From assembly GCA_019114345.1 (NCBI GenBank), contig DXFS01000019.1:6989-70988 (forward strand): a stretch of 64,000 nt of DNA. The letters run 5' to 3'. Source of the DNA: Candidatus Agathobaculum pullistercoris. Its GTDB lineage: Bacteria; Bacillota; Clostridia; Oscillospirales; Butyricicoccaceae. Of the stretch, positions 8,478 to 17,340 are shown in pieces. Below the pieces are notes generated by a model. That model was given only the letters and a program-made list of their open reading frames with translations. It did no database searches and had not been told where the DNA came from. Numbering within the stretch: the first letter of the stretch is position 1; every line of letters begins with the position of its first letter. Made by a program: the position numbers and the translations under genes.

Positions 8478-10127
8478 TTATTTTGTGTGGTACAGCACCA
8501 GCGATTCGTAGGGACGCAGATGCAGCTTTGTCTGCACGGCGGAGTCCGCATAGTTGGACAGCAGGCAGGTGAAGCCGGTCAGGTCGACCGGGCAGTTCCA
8601 GTCCACCTCCTTGCGGTAGAAATTGTTGACAACCACAAGTTCTTCCTTGTCCGTGCGGCGCGTGTATGCGAGCACAGACGGATGTTCCATATCGAGCGGC
8701 GCAAAGTCGCCGTTTGCGATCACATCGTACTGCTTGCGCAGCGCGATCAGCTTGCGATAGTGGGCGAAGATGGAGCCCGGGTCGTCGACCTGGCTGGCGG
8801 CATTGATGGTTTTATGGTTGGGGTTCATGCTGATCCACGGCTCGGCCTCGGAGAAGCCGCCGCCCTCGCTCGCGTCCCACTGCATGGGCGTGCGGCTGTT
8901 GTCGCGCGAATGCACGCGCAGGATGTCGTACGCGCTGTCCTCATGCAGGCCGCGGTCACGCAGGATGTGGAAGTGATTGATGCTCTCCACGTCGCGGTAC
9001 TGGTCGAGCGAGGTAAAGCCCGCGTTGGTCATGCCGATCTCCTCGCCCTGATAGACGTAGGGCGTGCCGCGCAGGCAGTGGATGACCGTGCCCAGCATCT
9101 TGGCCGAGGGCTTCCAGTACTCGCCCTCGTCGCCGAAGCGCGAAACCACGCGCGGCTGGTCATGGTTGCACCAGAACACCGCGTTCCATGCGTTGTGGTC
9201 GCTCATGCCGGTCTGCCAGGAGAACAGGATGTCCTTGAGCTTGTGGAAATCGAACGGTACGAGCACCCATTTCTCATTGCCCACAAAGTCCACCTTGAGG
9301 TGGTGGAACGAGAACGCCATGCTCAGTTCACCGGTGTCCGCGCCTGCGTACTTGTAGCAGTTGTCCATGGTCGTGGATGACATCTCACCGACCGTGATGA
9401 TCTCCGCATCCGTGCCGAAGGTCGCCTCATTCAGCTCGTGGAGGAACTCGTGGACGCGCGGGCCGTCCGTATAGAAGCGGCGGCCGTCGCCCTCATAGTC
9501 TGATGCATAGGAACCCTTGCTGATCAGGTTGACCACGTCAAAACGGAAGCCCTTTACGCCCTTGTCCATCCAGAAGCGGATGACGTTCTGCAGCTCCCTG
9601 CGCACGCGCGGGTTTTCCCAGTTGAGGTCGGCCTGCGTCCGGTCGAACAGGTGTAGGTACCATTTTCCCTTCTCCGGCACATATTCCCATGCATTGCCGC
9701 CGAACTTGCTCTCCCAGTTGTTCGGGGGTGTGCCGTCCGGACCGCCCTCGCGCCAGATATAATAATCCTCATAGTCCGGGTCGCCGGCCAGCGCTTTTTT
9801 AAACCATTCGTGCTCGGTCGAGGTGTGGTTGAACACCATGTCGAGCATCAGGCGGATGCCGCGCTTTTCCGCTTCACGGGACAGCTCTTCCAGATCGTCC
9901 ATGGTGCCGAAGCGCGGGTCGACCGCGCAGTAGTCGGCGACGTCATAGCCGTTATCCCGTTGGGGCGAGGGATAAAACGGGTTGAGCCAGATATAGTCCA
10001 CGCCCAGCTTCTGCAGGTAATCCAGCTTGGCGGTCACGCCGCGCAGGTCGCCGAACCCGTCGCCGTTAGCGTCGTAAAAGGACTTGAAATAGCATTGGTA
10101 AACAACGCTCTTGTGGAAATCGGTCAT
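8478..10127 (-). CDS. treC: trehalose-6-phosphate hydrolase (GH13)
   Basis: DNGYDVADY, DMVFNH, GFRFDVVNLISK, TVGEMSST, NHDQPR, SRDNSRTPMQW; next to treP/treR. Confidence 0.95.
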   Translation of the reverse strand: MTDFHKSVVYQCYFKSFYDANGDGFGDLRGVTAKLDYLQKLGVDYIWLNPFYPSPQRDNGYDVADYCAVDPRFGTMDDLEELSREAEKRGIRLMLDMVFNHTSTEHEWFKKALAGDPDYEDYYIWREGGPDGTPPNNWESKFGGNAWEYVPEKGKWYLHLFDRTQADLNWENPRVRRELQNVIRFWMDKGVKGFRFDVVNLISKGSYASDYEGDGRRFYTDGPRVHEFLHELNEATFGTDAEIITVGEMSSTTMDNCYKYAGADTGELSMAFSFHHLKVDFVGNEKWVLVPFDFHKLKDILFSWQTGMSDHNAWNAVFWCNHDQPRVVSRFGDEGEYWKPSAKMLGTVIHCLRGTPYVYQGEEIGMTNAGFTSLDQYRDVESINHFHILRDRGLHEDSAYDILRVHSRDNSRTPMQWDASEGGGFSEAEPWISMNPNHKTINAASQVDDPGSIFAHYRKLIALRKQYDVIANGDFAPLDMEHPSVLAYTRRTDKEELVVVNNFYRKEVDWNCPVDLTGFTCLLSNYADSAVQTKLHLRPYESLVLYHTK

Positions 10128-10157
10128 GGTTACTACTCCCTCCTGGGTCTGCGTGTT

Positions 10158-12140
10158 TTATTCGAGCACTGCGGATACGGTTTCGCCGTGCTTGACGTCG
10201 ATGCCGGTGTTGAAGGTCATCTGCTCATGTCCGGACGGCTCGGTGACAACAAACACGGTCGTCTTGGGATGGCCTGCCGCCGCGATCTTATCTGGCGAGA
10301 AGGTGATGAGCTTGTCGCCCGCCTTGACCTTGTCGCCCTCGTGGACGAACAGGGTAAAGCCGTCGCCGTTCATGTCCACGGTGTCGATGCCGATGTGGAT
10401 GAGCAGCTCCGTGCCGTCGGCCAGCGCAAGGCCGCAGGCGTGGCGGCTGTCCTCCATGACGACCGACACATCCGCGTCCGCCGGGGCATAGATCGTGTCG
10501 CCCGTGGGTTCAAACGCCATGCCTTCGCCCATAACGCCCTGCGAGAATACCTCGTCCGGCACCTCGGAAAGCGGCAGGGTGCGGCCGTCACAGATTGCCA
10601 CAAGCTCCACGCGGAACGGTACAGTAGCGGTTTGCTCCCCTGCCTGCGCTGCCGGTGCTTCGACCGCGGCCGGAGCCGTCGCTTCTGCGACAGCGGCAGC
10701 GGGCTCGGGCTCGAGCACGCGCTCCTCACGGGACAGCTTGCGGCTGCCGACGATGTAGGTCAGCACGAACGGCACAACGATCGCCGCCGCCATCGCGAGC
10801 AGGAAGTTGAGCCAGTATTCCGGGAAGATGGACAGGATGCCCGGCAGGCCGCCCACGCCGATGCTGATCGCAGTGACGTTGGTGCCGATCGAAATCATCG
10901 CCGCGCAGGCCGAGCCGATCATGCCGCAGACCAGCGGGAAGCCGTACTTCATGTTGACACCAAACAGCGCAGGCTCAGTAACGCCGAGGTAGCAGGAAAT
11001 GCATGCCGGGATGTTGACCTGCTGCGCGCGCTCGTTGCGCTTTTGCAGGATGGACATGGCGAGCACCGCCGAGCCCTGCGCAATGTTGGACAGCGCGATC
11101 ATCGGCCAGAGGTTGGTGCCGTCATAGGTGTTGACCAGCTGCGAGTCGATCGCGTTGGTCATGTGGTGCAGGCCGGTCATGACGATCGGCGCATAGAACA
11201 GGCCGAACAAGGCCGCAAACAAAAGCTTGAAGTTGGAGTTCAGGCCCATGTTGACGATGTTTGCGATAAAGTCGCCGATCTGCCAGCCGATCGGGCCGAC
11301 GACCGTGTGCGCGATGAGTACAGCAGGAACAAGCGCGCAGAACGGTACGACCACCATGCTGATAACTTCAGGACATATTTTCTTAAAGAATTTCTCTAAG
11401 TATACCAGTACGAAGCCCGCCAGGATCGCAGCGACGACCTGGCCCTGATAGCCGATCATCTGCACCTGTGCAAAGCCGAAGTCCCAGACCGGGATCTCAG
11501 AAGCCGGAGTGGTCGCGACCGAGAAGCCGTTTAACAGCTGCGGGGAGATCAGCGTCAGGCCGAGGACGATACCGAGGATCTGGGTCGTGCCCATCTTCTT
11601 GGTGATCGACCAGGTGATGCCGACAGGCAGGAAGTGGAAGATCGCCTCGCCGATCAGCCACAGGAAGCTGTACATGCCCGCCCAGAATTGGGAGACATCT
11701 GCCAGCGACTGCGTGCGGCCGTTCAACAGGTCAACCTCGCCGATGATGTTACGGAAGCCGAGCACAAGGCCGCCGCAGATCAGCGCCGGGATGATCGGGG
11801 CAAAGATTTCGCCCAGCGCGCCCATGATGCGTTGCAGCGGGTTCTGGTTGGACTTGGCGGCCGACTTGACCGCATCCTTGCTCACGCCCTCGATGCCCGC
11901 GTACTTGGTGAATTCCTGATAGAAGTTTGCCACATCGTTGCCGATAATGACCTGATACTGGCCGGCCTGCGTGAACGTACCCTTGACCGACGGGATGGCT
12001 TCGATCGCCTTTTCATCCGCCCTTTTGGGGTCGGCCAGCACAAAACGCATACGCGTCATGCAGTGCGATACTGCCTGGATGTTTGCTTTGCCGCCAATCT
12101 TATCCAACAGTACCTTGACGTCTTCCTGGTACTTTGCCAT
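10158..12140 (-). CDS. treP: PTS trehalose-specific EIIBCA
   Basis: HCMTRMRF (EIIB Cys), ITWSITKKMG, TGLHH, GVTEPALFG, LIHIGIDTV (EIIA His); RBS before ATG 12140. Confidence 0.95.
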   Translation of the reverse strand: MAKYQEDVKVLLDKIGGKANIQAVSHCMTRMRFVLADPKRADEKAIEAIPSVKGTFTQAGQYQVIIGNDVANFYQEFTKYAGIEGVSKDAVKSAAKSNQNPLQRIMGALGEIFAPIIPALICGGLVLGFRNIIGEVDLLNGRTQSLADVSQFWAGMYSFLWLIGEAIFHFLPVGITWSITKKMGTTQILGIVLGLTLISPQLLNGFSVATTPASEIPVWDFGFAQVQMIGYQGQVVAAILAGFVLVYLEKFFKKICPEVISMVVVPFCALVPAVLIAHTVVGPIGWQIGDFIANIVNMGLNSNFKLLFAALFGLFYAPIVMTGLHHMTNAIDSQLVNTYDGTNLWPMIALSNIAQGSAVLAMSILQKRNERAQQVNIPACISCYLGVTEPALFGVNMKYGFPLVCGMIGSACAAMISIGTNVTAISIGVGGLPGILSIFPEYWLNFLLAMAAAIVVPFVLTYIVGSRKLSREERVLEPEPAAAVAEATAPAAVEAPAAQAGEQTATVPFRVELVAICDGRTLPLSEVPDEVFSQGVMGEGMAFEPTGDTIYAPADADVSVVMEDSRHACGLALADGTELLIHIGIDTVDMNGDGFTLFVHEGDKVKAGDKLITFSPDKIAAAGHPKTTVFVVTEPSGHEQMTFNTGIDVKHGETVSAVLE

Positions 12141-12170
12141 GGGTTTTCCTCCTTCTCCTCTTTCCAAGCC

Positions 12171-12190
12171 AAACTTGTTTAAACAAGTTT
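12171..12190. promoter_or_regulatory. TreR operator candidate (perfect palindrome)
   Basis: AAACTTGTTTAAACAAGTTT between divergent treP and treR; imperfect copy CTTGTTTGAACAGG at 12337-12350. Confidence 0.75.
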
Positions 12191-12456
12191 CCCATAAGCA
12201 TAGGATACATTCTTTGCACTATGAAAGCAAGAATATTGTTGTACAAAAATCAGGTGATTTTTTTAGGTGTTTTGACCGTTTCAGATTTGCAGCTCCGCGC
12301 GTCAGGGAATAAGCGCTGTAAAGGATAATAGAAAAGCTTGTTTGAACAGGGGGTTCAAAACATTTTTTTTTGTGATATAATAAAATTATCACAAGCATTC
12401 CCCTGCGGAGAAACAGTCAGTTTCCCGCAGTTACAGGCCGCATGGAGAGGTGCGTT

Positions 12457-13194
12457 ATGCCAAAGGCAAAATACGAACAGATTTATCACATTTTGAAGGA
12501 AAAAATCGAATCCGGCCAGTATCCGCCGCAGGAGCTGCTGCCGGGTGAACACACATTGATCGCTGAACTGGACTGCTCCCGCAACACACTGCGCCGCGCA
12601 GTATCAGAACTGGTGCGTGAGGGCTATGTGCAGACCATGCAGGGCAAAGGCGTGCGCAATATTTTTGAGCCGGTCCGTCAGGCGACCTTCACGCTGGGTA
12701 CCATTGAAACCTTTGCGGAATCCGCTGCGCGGAATCACTGGACCGGCCGGAGCGAGGTGCTGCTGTTCTCCGAGCTGGAGGCTAATGCTGCACTGGCAGA
12801 AAAGACGGGCTTTGCAGAGGGTACAGCACTGTATTATGTGCAGCGTCTGCACTTTTTAAACGAGCGGCCGCTGATCATGAACCACAGTTATTTCCGGCAG
12901 GACGTCGCTCGCGGTATGACGCACGAGATCGCAGAAGGATCGATCTACCGCTATCTGGAGAATGATCTCCATATTCAGATTGTCAACAGCAAGCGGCTCG
13001 TGACGGTGGAGAAGGCCACTCCCCTGGATCAGCAGTATCTGGACATGGGTGACTGCAACTGTCTGGCCGTAGTCAGCAGCCAGACGTATAATGGAGACGG
13101 CGTGATGTTTGAATATACCCAGTCGCGCCACCATCCAAACTTTTTCCGTTTCCAGGATAACGCGGTCCGCCGGCAGGGAGGCTACCCGGCCTGA
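12457..13194 (+). CDS. treR: trehalose operon repressor (GntR/UTRA)
   Basis: KYEQIY...LPGEH...SRNTLRRA...QGKG wHTH; GSIYRYLE, FEYTQSRH UTRA; divergent from treP. Confidence 0.93.
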   Translation: MPKAKYEQIYHILKEKIESGQYPPQELLPGEHTLIAELDCSRNTLRRAVSELVREGYVQTMQGKGVRNIFEPVRQATFTLGTIETFAESAARNHWTGRSEVLLFSELEANAALAEKTGFAEGTALYYVQRLHFLNERPLIMNHSYFRQDVARGMTHEIAEGSIYRYLENDLHIQIVNSKRLVTVEKATPLDQQYLDMGDCNCLAVVSSQTYNGDGVMFEYTQSRHHPNFFRFQDNAVRRQGGYPA

Positions 13195-13306
13195 GGCAGG
13201 CCCGGAACGCGGGCGTTGTGACCGGTTCGGTATGCTGCAAAGACGTCTGCAGGAGGGAAAAAACGGGGATAAGAAAAAAGCTGCCGTCCATCCGGATGGC
13301 AGCCAA

Positions 13307-13340
13307 GCGGCGGCTCTGTCAAGAGCCGCCGTATTTTTAT
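13307..13340. terminator. terminator between treR and the accessory block
   Basis: GCGGCGGCTC-loop-GAGCCGCCGT followed by a T-tract; second hairpin at ~13274-13303. Confidence 0.7.
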
Positions 13341-13346
13341 ATAGTT

Positions 13347-15239
13347 TTATTGAAGCGGAAGGGCAAAAGTGATCTGGAAACGGCCTGTCTCCGTCTCAAT
13401 ACGGCTGAAGCCGCCGGCCTGCTTCAAGATGCGATCAATGATTTTCAGACCATAGCCATGTGGTGCGAGCGGGCCGCGTTGTTTGGCCGGCCCGGTCTTT
13501 TCGTCCAATGGCATGCTGTTGGCACAGCAAAAAATAAAGAAGCCTTCTTTGACCCGGAGATCCAGGCGGATGAACCGGTCGCCGGACTGGGTATTCCGCG
13601 CAGCACGGACAGCATTATCCATCACATTCATCACCAGGGAAGTGAGATCGGGATCGGGGAGCGGAAGCGAGGCCGGCGCGGCGGCGTGCACCACTTCCAC
13701 ACGGACCTGATCCCGGAGCGCTGCCTCAAGGGTTCCGTTCAGGATGATGTCCAGCATTTGGTTGCCGCAGCGGACAACCGGCGTGATCGACCGGCTCTGG
13801 GAAACGAGAGCGTCGACATACTCCAGCGCCGGCGTATATTCCTGCTTTCGCAGCAGGGTACGCAGCACGGTCAGATGGTTTCGCATGTCATGGCGCATTT
13901 CCATTGTCTGCTCGGTCTGGATCCGCAGGGTATTATAACTGGCGCGTGCAAACTGCTCTTTGGCAAGCAGTATGGTCGTCTCTGAACGTCGGCGTACCAG
14001 GTTTTTAACGGTCTGCGCTATGACGGGAACCAGAACTGCAATAAAATACAGAGGAAGCAGCCAGACCAGAAGCGAAAGCGCAGTGGCATGTGCTGCGGTA
14101 TAGCGCAGTGGAAGCGCATACTTCTCGGGCAGGAGCTGTGTGCCGAAAAACAGGTACAAAGCGGAAAGCACGGTGCCGGCCAATATGATTAAGCAGAACT
14201 GGCGATGAAACGGCGAACCGCGATGCCAGGCCGGCATGGCAAGCAGAAAAGCCAGAAGAAGGGCGGAAAGTGTTGCATTGGCGCAGAGCTGCACATGGAT
14301 ATTCCCCTGGTATTCAGATATAGTGCTGAAAGAAACAATGGCAACCTGCAGTGCCGTTATGACAAACATCGCGGCGCGCAGGCGGCCGGTATGCTGGCAG
14401 GTAAGGAAGGCAAGCAGCAGGGCTGCTGAGGAATAGAGACACAGTGCGGTCAGATCAACCGGCAGGATGCCGAAATAGTTGCTGAAAAAAGGCGCCTGCA
14501 GGATCAGGCGGCTCATCATATTGAATGCGAGCAATGCAAGCAGCAGCAGGCTGGCATCCAGGCGGTTATAGTATACATTCCACAGAAATACCATCAGAAT
14601 AAAAATGCCCAGTGCAAACAAAAGCGCCGCCGGGATCAGGTGCCGTGCCGTTTGCGCGATCAGCTCGCTCTCGTAGGCATAGCCGCAGTACAGCGTGACA
14701 TCCGCCGGAAATACATCGGCATCCGAACCGGGTGCATCACTTCCGGCGGCGCTGGTTGACTGGGCAATGGTAAGTGTTCTTCCCTGATAGGCGGCGGGGA
14801 GGGACACCACCAGAGGATCGCTGCGATCGAGTGCAAGCATGGGGAGTGTGAAATATCCGATCCGGTTATCCAGTTCCGGACAATCGGTATAGATCAGCTC
14901 GTCATCAAGGAAAATGCTGAAGGTCCGGTTGGCAGCTCCAATACGCAGTGTGGGGCTGTCAAGCTTTTCGGTCAGCCGGCGGGAAAAATAAAAGGTCTGC
15001 CCAGGATAGTCCAGCCCGGAATAGCCACCGTAGCCGGTAGGGGTCAGCTTGGTGATGTTGCCCTCCGTGCAGGTGTATACCGTCCATCCCTTGTCGCCTT
15101 GCCAGGGCTGCCCATCTTCACCGAGGATGGAAAGGTCGTAAGAGTCGTCCTGCATGGGAGAAATATACAGGAGCAGCACGGGAGAAAAGGCGGACAATAT
15201 GATCAGCACGCACAGCACGGCAAACAGTTTCTTTTTCAA
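13347..15239 (-). CDS. membrane sensor histidine kinase, AgrC/VirS-like GHKL type, with large extracellular domain
   Basis: TTG start after GGAGG; extracellular region then ~7 TMs; RHDMRNHL H-box, NVMDNAV N-box, HGYGL G-box. Confidence 0.88.
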   Translation of the reverse strand: MKKKLFAVLCVLIILSAFSPVLLLYISPMQDDSYDLSILGEDGQPWQGDKGWTVYTCTEGNITKLTPTGYGGYSGLDYPGQTFYFSRRLTEKLDSPTLRIGAANRTFSIFLDDELIYTDCPELDNRIGYFTLPMLALDRSDPLVVSLPAAYQGRTLTIAQSTSAAGSDAPGSDADVFPADVTLYCGYAYESELIAQTARHLIPAALLFALGIFILMVFLWNVYYNRLDASLLLLALLAFNMMSRLILQAPFFSNYFGILPVDLTALCLYSSAALLLAFLTCQHTGRLRAAMFVITALQVAIVSFSTISEYQGNIHVQLCANATLSALLLAFLLAMPAWHRGSPFHRQFCLIILAGTVLSALYLFFGTQLLPEKYALPLRYTAAHATALSLLVWLLPLYFIAVLVPVIAQTVKNLVRRRSETTILLAKEQFARASYNTLRIQTEQTMEMRHDMRNHLTVLRTLLRKQEYTPALEYVDALVSQSRSITPVVRCGNQMLDIILNGTLEAALRDQVRVEVVHAAAPASLPLPDPDLTSLVMNVMDNAVRAARNTQSGDRFIRLDLRVKEGFFIFCCANSMPLDEKTGPAKQRGPLAPHGYGLKIIDRILKQAGGFSRIETETGRFQITFALPLQ

Positions 15240-15427
15240 AGCGGAATTACCTCCGGAAATGCGGGATGAACCAGGATGGGAAGAAGCGCCGCGTAAACAA
15301 ACGGGCTGTACAGGAGATACATTGGCAGGTTGCCGTTGGCTGCACGGAACAAGGCGAAGCCTCCGCACAAACAGCGGAGGCTTGCCGCGCAACGGCGAAC
15401 CGATATGGGATCGGACGCAGATTTGTT

Positions 15428-15838
15428 TTACACGAGTTTTTGCAGGGTCAGAATATTTTTTCCGTCCTTATACTCATATTTTACCGTATCCATCAGACGC
15501 TTGACCATGAAGATCCCGAGCCCGCCGATCCGGCGTTCCTCCGCCGGGAGGGTAGTATCCGGCTCAGCATTTTTCAGCGGATCATAGGGTTTGCCGGAAT
15601 CGAGAAATTCGATTGTGATCTGAGGCTGTCCCTTTGTGCTGATCTGGCACCGGATGGTTGCATCGCCCACATCAGGGCGGTAAGCATAGTTGGCAATGTT
15701 GACAAAAATTTCTTCCACAGCAATGGCGATCTGATTGCAGATCTTGGGAGGGCAGCTGATCTGGTCGAGCTCCGCCTGCACAAATTGCAGCACCGTATCG
15801 AGCTGTTCCGTCAGTGCTGGTACGGTGATTGTTTTCAT
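15428..15838 (-). CDS. anti-sigma factor / Ser kinase, RsbW/SpoIIAB-like
   Basis: AVEEIFVNIANYAY, DSGKPYDP, GGLGIFMV. Confidence 0.92.
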   Translation of the reverse strand: MKTITVPALTEQLDTVLQFVQAELDQISCPPKICNQIAIAVEEIFVNIANYAYRPDVGDATIRCQISTKGQPQITIEFLDSGKPYDPLKNAEPDTTLPAEERRIGGLGIFMVKRLMDTVKYEYKDGKNILTLQKLV

Positions 15839-17310
15839 GACTGCTCCTCCTTGGATTGAGACGGCATGTATGCACGGAACTGCAGGCCCAGCATGGTAAT
15901 ATCATCCGCCTGCGGCGCGCCGGCAGCGAAGAGGTCTACCTGAGACTTGAGGTATGGCAGCAGCTGATCAGGAGCAAGCCCCTGCGCTGCGTCTGAATTG
16001 AGCACAGCTTCCAGGCGTTTTTCACCGTAAAGCTCAAGCGCGGCGTTAGTCGCCTCGGTCACGCCGTCCGTATACAGGAACAGGCAGTCGCCCGGTTTCA
16101 GGGTCACCTGAAATTCTTTGTAGCGCATGCCTTCCATACCAGCGAGCACAAAGCCCGGGCGCAGCTTGAGCCATTCAAACCGGCCGCCCGACTGCTGGAT
16201 CAGCGGTGGATTATGCCCTGCGTTGGCATAGGTCAGTACACCGGTCCGCAGGTCCAGAATGCCGAGGTAGGCTGTGACGAACAGCCCTTCGCCGTTGTTT
16301 TCACACAGCTGTTCGTTGGCGCGGGTGAAAATTTCAGCCGGGGAAAGGCTGGACTGCGCCTGATTGCGGATAATGGTCTTTGCGATAACCATAAACAGCG
16401 CGGCCGGAACGCCCTTGCCCGATACGTCTGCAATGACGACGGCAAGATGGGTCTGGTCGATCATGAAGAAGTCGTAAAAGTCGCCGCCGACCTCTTTGGC
16501 AGGGTCCATGGTTGCGTAGACGTCAAATTCGCTCCGGTCCGGGAAAGCCGGAAAAATGTTGGGCAGCATATCCCGCTGGATATTGCTGGCAACATTGAGC
16601 TCAGCCTCGGTTTTGAGCGCGCGGGAGGACCAAAGCGCGGTGGAGAAGATCTCATAATACAGGATGACAAACACCGAGCACATAATGAGGTAGAAAATGA
16701 TGAAGTACACGCGTGTGTCCGGAAGGCCGGGCAGGATGCCGAGCGTATTGGTCAGCCGGTTGACAATGGCAAAAGCAATGAAACAGTAGACCGGGATCGG
16801 CACATAACTTTTCAGCTGTTTGCCCAGCACGGAAATAACCTGCTGCACGATGTGGCTGACAAAGTGGCGGTAGGCAAAGAACATCACGGCGAACCAAAAA
16901 GCCTTGATGCACAGGAAGATGCCGATCGTGCGCATGTTATAGGGGTTCGAGGTGTTGTCGATAAAACTGAGCGTGGTGCCGCAGAAGAAGAACGTGGTTA
17001 CATTGGCGATCAATGCGCCCATGACCGAGGTGAACACCCGCGCTGCACGTTCATCTGAATAAAGCACCATGGCTGCAGCCGGCACCAGCACCAGCAGGCT
17101 GAGCAGGTTCAGGTTATCGTCAGTAATGTTGAAGGAATAGCTGACTGCGCAGACCGCAAAGTGCAGAATGACAAACGGCAGCCAGCCCAAAAAGGTCTGC
17201 CACTTGCTCTTCCGCATCGTGAGTGTGCTGTTGGTGAGCAGGGCCGCTACCCAGAATGAAAGATTGTTTGCCAGTGACCACAACAGAGTCACGGAAAGTT
17301 CAACTTGCAT
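15835..17310 (-). CDS. membrane-bound PP2C/SpoIIE-family phosphatase (RsbU-like)
   Basis: ~6 TMs then EVGGDFYDFF, ADVSGKG, NAGHNPP, YTDGVTEA, DDIT; metal-binding Asp residues intact. Confidence 0.93.
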   Translation of the reverse strand: MQVELSVTLLWSLANNLSFWVAALLTNSTLTMRKSKWQTFLGWLPFVILHFAVCAVSYSFNITDDNLNLLSLLVLVPAAAMVLYSDERAARVFTSVMGALIANVTTFFFCGTTLSFIDNTSNPYNMRTIGIFLCIKAFWFAVMFFAYRHFVSHIVQQVISVLGKQLKSYVPIPVYCFIAFAIVNRLTNTLGILPGLPDTRVYFIIFYLIMCSVFVILYYEIFSTALWSSRALKTEAELNVASNIQRDMLPNIFPAFPDRSEFDVYATMDPAKEVGGDFYDFFMIDQTHLAVVIADVSGKGVPAALFMVIAKTIIRNQAQSSLSPAEIFTRANEQLCENNGEGLFVTAYLGILDLRTGVLTYANAGHNPPLIQQSGGRFEWLKLRPGFVLAGMEGMRYKEFQVTLKPGDCLFLYTDGVTEATNAALELYGEKRLEAVLNSDAAQGLAPDQLLPYLKSQVDLFAAGAPQADDITMLGLQFRAYMPSQSKEEQS

Positions 17311-17340
17311 GGTTGATTCCTCCTTTTATGGGGAGATGCT

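Noticed and set aside
9810-11399. 529-aa plus-strand ORF
   Set aside because: Antisense to treC/treP.
13200-13346. att site or IS end at the left boundary of the block
   Set aside because: No matching direct repeat found by eye near 62.6 kb, and no integrase, transposase or tRNA; mobility is unsupported.
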